In this document: positions 8,288 through 14,745 of the stretch, one piece after another
Position numbering within the stretch: position 1 is the first letter of the stretch
Layout of the letters: each line of letters begins with the position of its first letter
Source of the DNA: a virus
Taxonomy: Duplodnaviria; Heunggongvirae; Uroviricota; Caudoviricetes
Length of the DNA stretch: 19,487 nt
Reading direction: 5' to 3' (one strand)
IMG/VR virus record: IMGVR_UViG_651053023_000006
Program-made: the position numbers and the translations under genes
Notes under the pieces: generated by a model
What the model saw: only the letters and a program-made list of their open reading frames with translations
What the model was told of the DNA's origin: nothing
Databases searched by the model: none

Positions 8288-8595
8288 TTATAACCAATCA
8301 AAAAAACATCCGCAAAGCGATATTGAGCTAGTGCGGAAGCTTCATCAGTGTGGAGTTCCCCGCCGTGATATCGCTGTAAAACGCGAAATGTCCTTGGGCA
8401 TGATTAATCAGTACGTTTATTTCGACAGGAGAGCGCATGAAGTTTGACATCTAGACAACTGGGGGAGCGCTGAAAACGTTCTTAATTGATGTTGGATTCG
8501 CTTTACATACTGAACTGTTTGGCTGAAAGACACGGTAGTATCACCAATCAAGGTGCTTTTGATAAACGCTTGTGTGTTTGTTTTTTAATCCATTG

Positions 8596-8624
8596 TTGAC
8601 AACTAGGTTAGTTTTCCATATCAT
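8596..8624 (+). promoter_or_regulatory. Candidate sigma70 promoter for the ParA-like gene
   Basis: TTGACA (8596-8601), 17-nt spacer, TATCAT (8619-8624), about 30 nt upstream of ATG 8655. Confidence 0.5.
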
Positions 8625-8654
8625 CAATAAAAGTGTAAAACTAATGGTGGCGAT

Positions 8655-9701
8655 ATGACTAGTGAATCAAATGTTAATGCTCTGATAGAGCGTCAATTCG
8701 AAGTTGCTGACGGTAATGTAAGAAGTCTTAATTTGCCGAAATATGATAAATATACAGTATGTAATTTACGGGGAGGCATTGGTAAGACATCTTTAACTTT
8801 TAATCTGTCATATTTGGCGGATAACGCATTAATCGTGGATACGTGCCCGCAAGGAAATTTATCATATTTTTTTGACAATAATTATGCATCTTCGTCTAGC
8901 ACAACTGCAAATGACCTCTTAATGCCTTATTTTGTTCCAGGGCTTGGATTTGCAACGCGTGCTGCAAAGCTAGTATCATCAACTAATGCTTGGTTTGCGG
9001 GCAAGAATAACTATTTTATTCAATCTGATAGTCAACTTTATCTTCTACCTACGCAAATGGCGAATGCTCTGGCTCAAGCCAGAACAATTTCTGGGGCTAC
9101 TCAGCAGGTTGTTATTGATACAATTCTTTTTTCTCTGAAGAAAGAAATAGCCAGAGAAATGGTTGAAACTGGTACTACAAAAGCGTTAATTGATACATCA
9201 CCTTTTTTCTCTGGAGCGACGCATTTATCTTGGCATGCAACAGATGCTTTAATAGTTCCAGTGAGGACAGATCAGCAATCGATTAATTCATTAAGATTAC
9301 TTATTGATACTCTGACTAAACCAACATCAGAATTTAGAAAGATAATGCCGTCTGATGGCCATACACCAAAAATTCAGATGGTGGTTATTACCCATTGCGG
9401 ATGGTCAACAGTGGCAGGAGCAAGGAATAAACCAAATCAACAGACAAAAATGTACATCGAAGCTGTAAGAGAGGTAATTCGACAAAATATTAGTAATTTT
9501 ACAACAGATGATCCTAATAATCACATTGTGATTCTTGATGATTTTCTGGGTAGTGGCAGAATGTCAAGTGCTAAGTCTAAACCATTAGAGTTGTTAAATC
9601 CAGGAGATGCAATGACTGTGAATAGAGTTAGGACATCCGTGAATTTATCTGTTAACAAAATAAAAAATGAATTAAAGTTCATTCACAACTCCATATGGTA
9701 A
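8655..9701 (+). CDS. ParA/MinD-superfamily P-loop ATPase with atypical deviant Walker A (Arg replaces the signature Lys)
   Basis: 348 aa. Motifs: YTVCNLRGGIGKTSLTFNLSYL (deviant Walker A, R for K), LIVDTCPQGNLS (compare ParA LLIDLDPQGN), ALIDTSPFFSG ... DALIVPVRTDQQSINSL (Walker B region). About 30-aa N-terminal and about 60-aa C-terminal extensions. Region is visibly AT-rich. Confidence 0.8.
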   Translation: MTSESNVNALIERQFEVADGNVRSLNLPKYDKYTVCNLRGGIGKTSLTFNLSYLADNALIVDTCPQGNLSYFFDNNYASSSSTTANDLLMPYFVPGLGFATRAAKLVSSTNAWFAGKNNYFIQSDSQLYLLPTQMANALAQARTISGATQQVVIDTILFSLKKEIAREMVETGTTKALIDTSPFFSGATHLSWHATDALIVPVRTDQQSINSLRLLIDTLTKPTSEFRKIMPSDGHTPKIQMVVITHCGWSTVAGARNKPNQQTKMYIEAVREVIRQNISNFTTDDPNNHIVILDDFLGSGRMSSAKSKPLELLNPGDAMTVNRVRTSVNLSVNKIKNELKFIHNSIW

Positions 9702-9858
9702 ATGACATTTTATTTGAATAATCTGGATTGATAATTATTGTTACATTAATTGTTATTAATTCTAAATAATCCTATCGTTCTTCAGGATGAGATAATTTAT
9801 ATTTATTTGTGTTGTGATTTTTTGAATTTATTTAGGTTTATGAACTGTTTTAGATGAA

Positions 9859-9978
9859 ATGAATCATGAATACGAAATTGTTGCGGTACTGATAACGAGG
9901 AAAGACCTCTGCGAGGTACGAATCCGAACCGGCCAGACGGAGGTCGCTGTCTTCACAGCTTACGAACCTGAGGAGTAA
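9859..9978 (+). pseudogene. hok/gef-family type I toxin remnant, 5'-truncated
   Basis: 39-aa frame MNHEYEIVAVLITRKDLCEVRIRTGQTEVAVFTAYEPEE. The C-terminal 28 residues match the conserved Hok/Gef/RelF tail (LTRKxLCEx[RH]xRxGxxEVAxFxAYE). The N-terminal transmembrane helix is missing and no hydrophobic stretch is encoded upstream in any frame. GC-rich hairpins and a terminator follow, as in hok mRNA 3' regions. Confidence 0.6.
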
Positions 9979-10046
9979 GAGACCAGGCGAGGGAGAAATC
10001 CCTCGCCACCTCTGATGTGTCAGGCATCCTCAACGCACCCGCACTT

Positions 10047-10069
10047 AACCCGCTTCGGCGGGTTTTTTA
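10047..10069 (+). terminator. Rho-independent terminator (hok-remnant 3' end)
   Basis: ACCCGC-TTCG-GCGGGT hairpin (10048-10063) followed by T6. A strong GGCGAGGGA-GAAA-TCCCTCGCC hairpin lies upstream at 9986-10007. Confidence 0.7.
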
Positions 10070-10116
10070 TTGGTTGACAAAATTATGAATATGCACCAAT
10101 ATCTTGGTTGACAAAA
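10070..10116 (+). promoter_or_regulatory. Candidate promoter/operator with two direct TTGGTTGACAAAA repeats
   Basis: TTGGTTGACAAAA at 10070-10082 and 10104-10116. Each contains TTGACA. Located between the terminator and the start of the downstream two-gene operon. Confidence 0.4.
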
Positions 10117-10151
10117 GTCGTTTTTTGCACGGATTAGGCGGAGAAGTGTCT

Positions 10152-10745
10152 ATGCAGAACCATCCATTCCCTTGGGAGTTCTTTCCTGAGTTAACAGAGG
10201 AGCGTTTAACCATTATAGCTGAGGAGTTGCTCAGGATACAGGATATTACTCATGAGTTATTGTCATCGCCCTATGATGATAATTACACTCGTGGTGGTTG
10301 TACATTTGGGCGTCAGCGGCAGGCGTTGCTACAAATGTGCGTACGAAAGACATATGACTGGTTAAGACTACTTAATCCTGGCATGGATCTTACGTTTTCA
10401 ATTGGGAATGTCCCTATTCGTTTCTTTACTGATGACGCAGATAACCCCAAGAAACGCGGTTTTTTCAAAAGAAATGATGCTGATCGACTCTTTGAGTCAG
10501 AGGAGACTACTCCAACTATGCATCGCTTTGTGGTTGAAAAGCCTGAATTTGAAGGCGAGGGTGGTAGAGTCATTTTTAATGGCTATAACGTGTTTGGTGA
10601 GATCGTGTCAACTTGGACATATGGTGCGGACCGTGTTGTTATGCTGAACTCTGTCGATGATGTACCTCCAGCACCGGTACCTATCGAACTAGAACCTATC
10701 AGTGCGTCTAAGACTGAGAAGGAAAAGAAACAAAATAGCAAATAG
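10152..10745 (+). CDS. Hypothetical protein (197 aa), first gene of a two-gene operon
   Basis: Track ORF starts at TTG 10104; I prefer ATG 10152 with GGAG about 9 nt upstream. AT-rich codon usage. No family motif recognised. Stop TAG at 10743-10745 is 10 nt before the next start. Confidence 0.65.
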   Translation: MQNHPFPWEFFPELTEERLTIIAEELLRIQDITHELLSSPYDDNYTRGGCTFGRQRQALLQMCVRKTYDWLRLLNPGMDLTFSIGNVPIRFFTDDADNPKKRGFFKRNDADRLFESEETTPTMHRFVVEKPEFEGEGGRVIFNGYNVFGEIVSTWTYGADRVVMLNSVDDVPPAPVPIELEPISASKTEKEKKQNSK

Positions 10746-10755
10746 TGGGTGAAAT

Positions 10756-11877
10756 GTGTTTAACGGTACTAATTTAAGACTTGCTCGTCTGTATCACGAG
10801 CTATCTCTGGAGCAGGTTGCTGAGAAGGTTGAAAAAACACGCCAGTATGTACAGCGACTGGAGTCTGGTTCAGCTACTCCATCCCCAGAGCTTATAAATA
10901 AATTAGCCGAGGTTTTGCGCGTGAAGCCCGCCTTTTTCGAAGGGCAGGAACATTCTCCTGTTAATGAAGAGATTGTACATTTTCGTAAACGCGCCTCGAC
11001 AAGGATGTCAACGAAGCTATCAACACTCGCTAAGGCTGAGTTTTATCGTCGTTTTATTGATGTATTTGAAGATAACCTTAATTTGTCACCTGTTCGATTT
11101 CCTGAATTTCGTGTCCATACACAAGAAGATATCGAGCGAGCGGCAGAAAAATGTCGTATTGAGTGGGGCTTAGGCTTTGGCCCAATTGAAAATATGACTC
11201 GCCTTGCCGAGAAACTTGGGGCGTTTGTTACTTCATTTGACTCCGTTTCGGATGAAGTAGATGCACTGTCTGTTCCTCTACGAAGGCCTTTTATTGTTCG
11301 AAATACAGCTAAAAATTCACCTTGTAGGCAACGCTTTGATATTGCTCATGAGGTTGCCCATTTGATTCTTCATGAAGGAATTTCTACTGGGGATAGATTA
11401 ACTGAATCCCAGGCAAACCGTTTTGCCTCTGCTCTGTTGCTTCCCAGAACGTCGATGGCGAAATATTTTCCAAGACCTGTGGGGGGGAGGATAAATTGGC
11501 AGGGACTAAGCCAATTTAAGTTGACATGGAAAGTAAGTAAGGCTGCCATTGTTTACAGGGCTCATCAATTAGGACTTTTGACTGATGAGCAGTACAGAAC
11601 TGCATTTATGGGGTTGAAACGGAAAGGGGAAGCTATTGATGAAAAAGAAGATTATCTAATCCCTCATGAGCGTCCTGAGTTATTCCGTCGGGCTTTATCG
11701 TTTTTATTTGAAGAGTTAGGATACGACCCACAGCGTATAGCTGATGAAATGGATATAGAAGTGGACATTTTTTATGAGTTAGTAGGAGATGATCTTCCTG
11801 CGGTTCATGAACTGCCAGGAAGTGGTGATGTTGTTTCACTACAATCTTACCGAACTCTTAGAGGCAAAATTCACTAG
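10756..11877 (+). CDS. XRE-family HTH fused to ImmA/IrrE-type zinc metallopeptidase (COG2856-like)
   Basis: GTG start at 10756. N-terminal HTH (LRLARLYHELSLEQVAEKVEKTRQYVQRLESG...ELINKLAEVL). Central HEXXH motif (FDIAHEVAHLILHE) in the arrangement typical of ImmA/IrrE peptidases. 373 aa. Confidence 0.75.
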   Translation: MFNGTNLRLARLYHELSLEQVAEKVEKTRQYVQRLESGSATPSPELINKLAEVLRVKPAFFEGQEHSPVNEEIVHFRKRASTRMSTKLSTLAKAEFYRRFIDVFEDNLNLSPVRFPEFRVHTQEDIERAAEKCRIEWGLGFGPIENMTRLAEKLGAFVTSFDSVSDEVDALSVPLRRPFIVRNTAKNSPCRQRFDIAHEVAHLILHEGISTGDRLTESQANRFASALLLPRTSMAKYFPRPVGGRINWQGLSQFKLTWKVSKAAIVYRAHQLGLLTDEQYRTAFMGLKRKGEAIDEKEDYLIPHERPELFRRALSFLFEELGYDPQRIADEMDIEVDIFYELVGDDLPAVHELPGSGDVVSLQSYRTLRGKIH

Positions 11878-11881
11878 GCAT

Positions 11882-11904
11882 AACCCGCTTCGGCGGGTTT
11901 TTTG
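11882..11904 (+). terminator. Rho-independent terminator, identical hairpin to 10047-10069
   Basis: ACCCGC-TTCG-GCGGGT followed by T6, starting 5 nt after the stop at 11875-11877. Confidence 0.7.
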
Positions 11905-11978
11905 TTTTACGTATTCTGGTTTACAATCTACAGGCTAGCCTGAACAACTGGCACCTGCTGCGCCAGCAGAGAAAACCG

Positions 11979-12251
11979 ATGGCGCACAATACCAAACATC
12001 ACAATTCTGATACCGACCTTGCCAGCTGGCACGGGCGGCGTTCTCATACATTCAAATATGACTGGTACCAGCATGCCCCATGCACTGAAGAACAGGCCGA
12101 ATGGCTGATTCAGAACTACCGCAGGCGTGGGTACGACTTTCAGAAAGACCTCAGCCCTGACTTCCGACACTGGATAATTTCTGTCAGGCTCCCTTATTCC
12201 GAACGCCCACCGCGTCCGTCCCGCACATTCCAGCAACGCATCTGGAGGTAA
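11979..12251 (+). CDS. Hypothetical small protein (Rem-like by position)
   Basis: 90-aa ORF, ATG at 11979. Its stop TAA (12249-12251) sits next to the GGAGG RBS and GTG start of the downstream DUF968 gene. Gene order resembles rem-ydfU-Q in Qin-type prophages. Confidence 0.45.
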   Translation: MAHNTKHHNSDTDLASWHGRRSHTFKYDWYQHAPCTEEQAEWLIQNYRRRGYDFQKDLSPDFRHWIISVRLPYSERPPRPSRTFQQRIWR

Positions 12252-12252
12252 C

Positions 12253-13308
12253 GTGCGGGTATTACTTCGACCTGTTCTGGTGCCGGAACTTGGGGTGGTT
12301 ATCGTTAAGCCAGGTCGTGAATCCATGCAGGTATTCCATAACGGCAGAGTGCTGGTTGAACCGGAGCCAAAAAGCATGCGCGGTCTGCCGTCCGGGGTCG
12401 TTCCTGCCGTTCGCCAGCCGCTGGCGGAAGACAAATCTCTGCTGCCATTTTTCAGCGATGAGCGGGTGATTCGTGCTGCCGGCGGCGCTGGTGCACTGTC
12501 TGACTGGCTCCTGCGTCATGTTAAATCCTGCCAGTGGCCACACGGCGATTATCATCACAGCGAAACCGTTATTCACCGTTATGGTACCGGCGCAATGGTG
12601 TTGTGCTGGCACTGCGACAACCAGCTGCGTGACCAGACATCCGAATCACTCGAGCAACTTGCTCATCAAAACCTGTCAGCATGGATGATTGACGTCATAC
12701 ACCATGCAATGAATGGCACGCAGGAGCGGGAATTATCGCTGGCTGAATTATCTTGGTGGGCAACCATAAATAACGTAGCGGACGCACTACCGGAGACGGT
12801 ATTACGTCGTTCGCTGGGATTGCGCGCGGAAAAAATTCGCTCAGTATACCGCGAGAGCGACATCGTGCCGGGAGAGCAGACCGCCACCAGCATACTGAAG
12901 CAGCGCACAAAAAATCTTGCGCCGCTGCCTCACGCCCACCAGCAAAACCCGCCACAGGAAAAGACAGTGGTCAGCATTGCCGTTGATCCGGAGTCACCGG
13001 CTCAGTATCTCCAGCGCCAGAAACCACAACGGGAAGAGATGCCTGTATACACGCGCTGGGTAAAAACGCAGAAATGCATGACGTGCGGTAATCAGGCAGA
13101 TGATCCGCATCACATCATTGGTCATGGACTGGGAGGGATGGGAACAAAGGCTGACGATTTGTTTGTTATTCCATTGTGCCGTAAATGTCATAACGAACTG
13201 CACACCGGGGTAAAAGATTTTGAAGAAAAACACGGCAGCCAGCTGTTGTTGCTGATTCGTTTTTTAATGCACGCGAGAAATTCGGGTGTCCTGAAGTGGA
13301 AAGCATAA
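12253..13308 (+). CDS. DUF968 (YdfU-like) prophage protein with C-terminal HNH/zinc-finger-like motif
   Basis: 351 aa, GTG start with GGAGG upstream. C-terminal CMTCGN...HHIIGHG...CRKCHNELH cysteine/histidine cluster. Stop TAA is adjacent to the rusA ATG. Confidence 0.65.
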   Translation: MRVLLRPVLVPELGVVIVKPGRESMQVFHNGRVLVEPEPKSMRGLPSGVVPAVRQPLAEDKSLLPFFSDERVIRAAGGAGALSDWLLRHVKSCQWPHGDYHHSETVIHRYGTGAMVLCWHCDNQLRDQTSESLEQLAHQNLSAWMIDVIHHAMNGTQERELSLAELSWWATINNVADALPETVLRRSLGLRAEKIRSVYRESDIVPGEQTATSILKQRTKNLAPLPHAHQQNPPQEKTVVSIAVDPESPAQYLQRQKPQREEMPVYTRWVKTQKCMTCGNQADDPHHIIGHGLGGMGTKADDLFVIPLCRKCHNELHTGVKDFEEKHGSQLLLLIRFLMHARNSGVLKWKA

Positions 13309-13674
13309 ATGACCGAACGCATAGAATTTGTTTTGCCTTACCCGCCAACGGTGAACACCTACTGGCGACGTCGTGGCAGCACATATTTTGTATCAAAAGC
13401 CGGTGAGCGTTATCGCCGTGATGTGGCGCTAATTGTTCGCCAGCAGCGGCTGAAATTAAACCTGTCCGGACGGCTGGCGATAAAGGTGATTGCAGAGCCA
13501 CCGGATAAACGTCGTCGTGACCTGGACAATATCCTGAAAGCACCACTGGATGCGCTGACGCATGCCGGACTACTCATAGACGACGAGCAGCTTGATGAAA
13601 TCAATATTGTGCGCGGTCAGCTCGTTCCTGGTGGGCGGCTGGGGATAAAAATCACAGAATTGGAGTGCGCATGA
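13309..13674 (+). CDS. rusA: RusA-family Holliday junction resolvase
   Basis: 121 aa. PYPPTVNTYW and RRRDLDN motifs match the RusA pattern (PWPPSNNRYY, RRRDLDN). Stop overlaps the Q-like start as ATGA. Confidence 0.85.
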   Translation: MTERIEFVLPYPPTVNTYWRRRGSTYFVSKAGERYRRDVALIVRQQRLKLNLSGRLAIKVIAEPPDKRRRDLDNILKAPLDALTHAGLLIDDEQLDEINIVRGQLVPGGRLGIKITELECA

Positions 13675-14360
13675 ATAACCAGTATTTACAGTTTGTGCGC
13701 GAGCAGCTCATTATCGCCACCGCTGATTTGAGTGGGGCAACAAAAGGTCAGCTTGAAGCCTGGCAGGAGAATGCCATGTTTGATACAGGGCGTTACAGGC
13801 GTAAAAAAATCCGGTACCGCGATGAAGTGACTGGAAAAATGATAACGCGGGATAATCCACCAATCCCGGGAAAACAATCACTGGCGAAAGGCTCATCAAT
13901 TGCCCTGGTCAGCCCGGTTGAGTTTTCGACATCATCATGGCGGCGGGCTGTGCTGTCTCTTGAAGAGCATCATAAAGCCTGGTTGTTGTGGTGTTACGGC
14001 GGAAACATTTGCTGGGAGCATCAGATCGCGATAACACAGTGGGCGTGGAACGAATTTAATACTCAATCCGGTACCAGAAAAATTGCAGGGAAAACGCAGG
14101 AACGCCTGAAAAAATTAATCTGGCTGGCGGCGCAGGCAGTAAAAGCAGAACTTTTTGGTGGGGAAGGTTATGAATACCAGGAGCTGGCATTACTGGCGGG
14201 AGTGACAACTAAAAACTGGTCCAAAACATTTACTCGTCACTGGGTTGCAATGAAACACATTTTTTACCGACTGGATAGTGGGGCTTTATTGTTTGTAATG
14301 AGAACGCGTTCAAAACAAAAGGCGGCATTTTCAAAGCAAAGTGTTGCAAAAGTAGATTGA
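13671..14360 (+). CDS. Q-like late antiterminator (candidate)
   Basis: 229-aa ORF (ATG 13671, GGAG RBS) in the canonical position after rusA and before a promoter, tRNA and terminator. The family call rests mainly on position and size. Confidence 0.5.
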   Translation: MNNQYLQFVREQLIIATADLSGATKGQLEAWQENAMFDTGRYRRKKIRYRDEVTGKMITRDNPPIPGKQSLAKGSSIALVSPVEFSTSSWRRAVLSLEEHHKAWLLWCYGGNICWEHQIAITQWAWNEFNTQSGTRKIAGKTQERLKKLIWLAAQAVKAELFGGEGYEYQELALLAGVTTKNWSKTFTRHWVAMKHIFYRLDSGALLFVMRTRSKQKAAFSKQSVAKVD

Positions 14361-14532
14361 AAGGCATATATTTTATGCAAATCTGATATTTTGCCGATTT
14401 TGTACGTGATGGCAAAAGCAAACAAAACCCGCCCAAATGTGGTTTTTTTTGTGCCACTTATCTCGGATAGACATGGTGAATGCGCTGGTGGAGGAAGTAA
14501 GGGTGATTTTTAACCAGGTGATTTTTGAATGC

Positions 14533-14561
14533 TTGCAACATTGATTTTGTAACGTTATTAT
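14533..14561 (+). promoter_or_regulatory. Strong sigma70-like promoter directly upstream of the tRNA
   Basis: TTGCAA (14533-14538), 17-nt spacer, TATTAT (14556-14561). The tRNA 5' end is at 14571. Confidence 0.5.
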
Positions 14562-14570
14562 CCTGCGCCC

Positions 14571-14646
14571 GGCCCTTTAGCTCAGTGGTGAGAGCGAGCG
14601 ACTCATAATCGCTTGGTCGTTGGTTCAAACCCAACAGGGGCCACCA
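14571..14646 (+). tRNA. tRNA with CAU anticodon, Ile2 (lysidine) type by similarity to ileX; tRNA-Met not formally excluded
   Basis: 76 nt including CCA. Acceptor stem GGCCCTT/AGGGGCC. Anticodon stem AGCGA/TCGCT with loop CTCATAA (U33, CAT, A37). T arm GTTGG-TTCAAAC-CCAAC. Closely resembles E. coli tRNA-Ile2 as I remember it. Confidence 0.9.
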
Positions 14647-14657
14647 TATACAACAAA

Positions 14658-14693
14658 GGGTTAGCTAATAAATCAGCTAACCCTTTTTCTTTT
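14658..14693 (+). terminator. Rho-independent terminator downstream of the tRNA
   Basis: 9-bp stem GGGTTAGCT/AGCTAACCC with an 8-nt loop, followed by TTTTTCTTTT. Confidence 0.6.
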
Positions 14694-14704
14694 GCCTTTG
14701 AATT

Positions 14705-14727
14705 GGGTCAGGTAATGGGTCAGGTAA
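14705..14727. repeat. Tandem direct repeat GGGTCAGGTAA x2
   Basis: GGGTCAGGTAATGGGTCAGGTAAG read directly, at the junction between the tRNA terminator and the island. Confidence 0.6.
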
Positions 14728-14745
14728 GCTTTTTCTCCATCTGAC

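Noticed and set aside
9870-10045. Structured GC-rich segment first considered as a stand-alone ncRNA (retron-like or other)
   Set aside because: No reverse transcriptase or repeats are present, and the segment is better explained as the folded 3' region of the hok-family mRNA remnant plus its terminator.
11928-12434. 168-aa minus-strand ORF overlapping the rem-like and DUF968 genes
   Set aside because: Overlaps two co-directional, translationally coupled plus-strand genes; Pro/Gly/Thr/Arg-rich product looks like a GC-driven shadow ORF.
12262-13546. Several minus-strand ORFs (12262-12612, 12666-12908, 12695-12955, 12994-13233, 13166-13546) inside DUF968 and rusA
   Set aside because: Antisense to coherent plus-strand genes, including rusA with its conserved motifs.
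14420-14460. Possible terminator (CCCGCCCAAATGTGG followed by T8) between the Q-like gene and the tRNA promoter
   Set aside because: The T-run is clear but I cannot draw a convincing stem by eye; left as unassigned.
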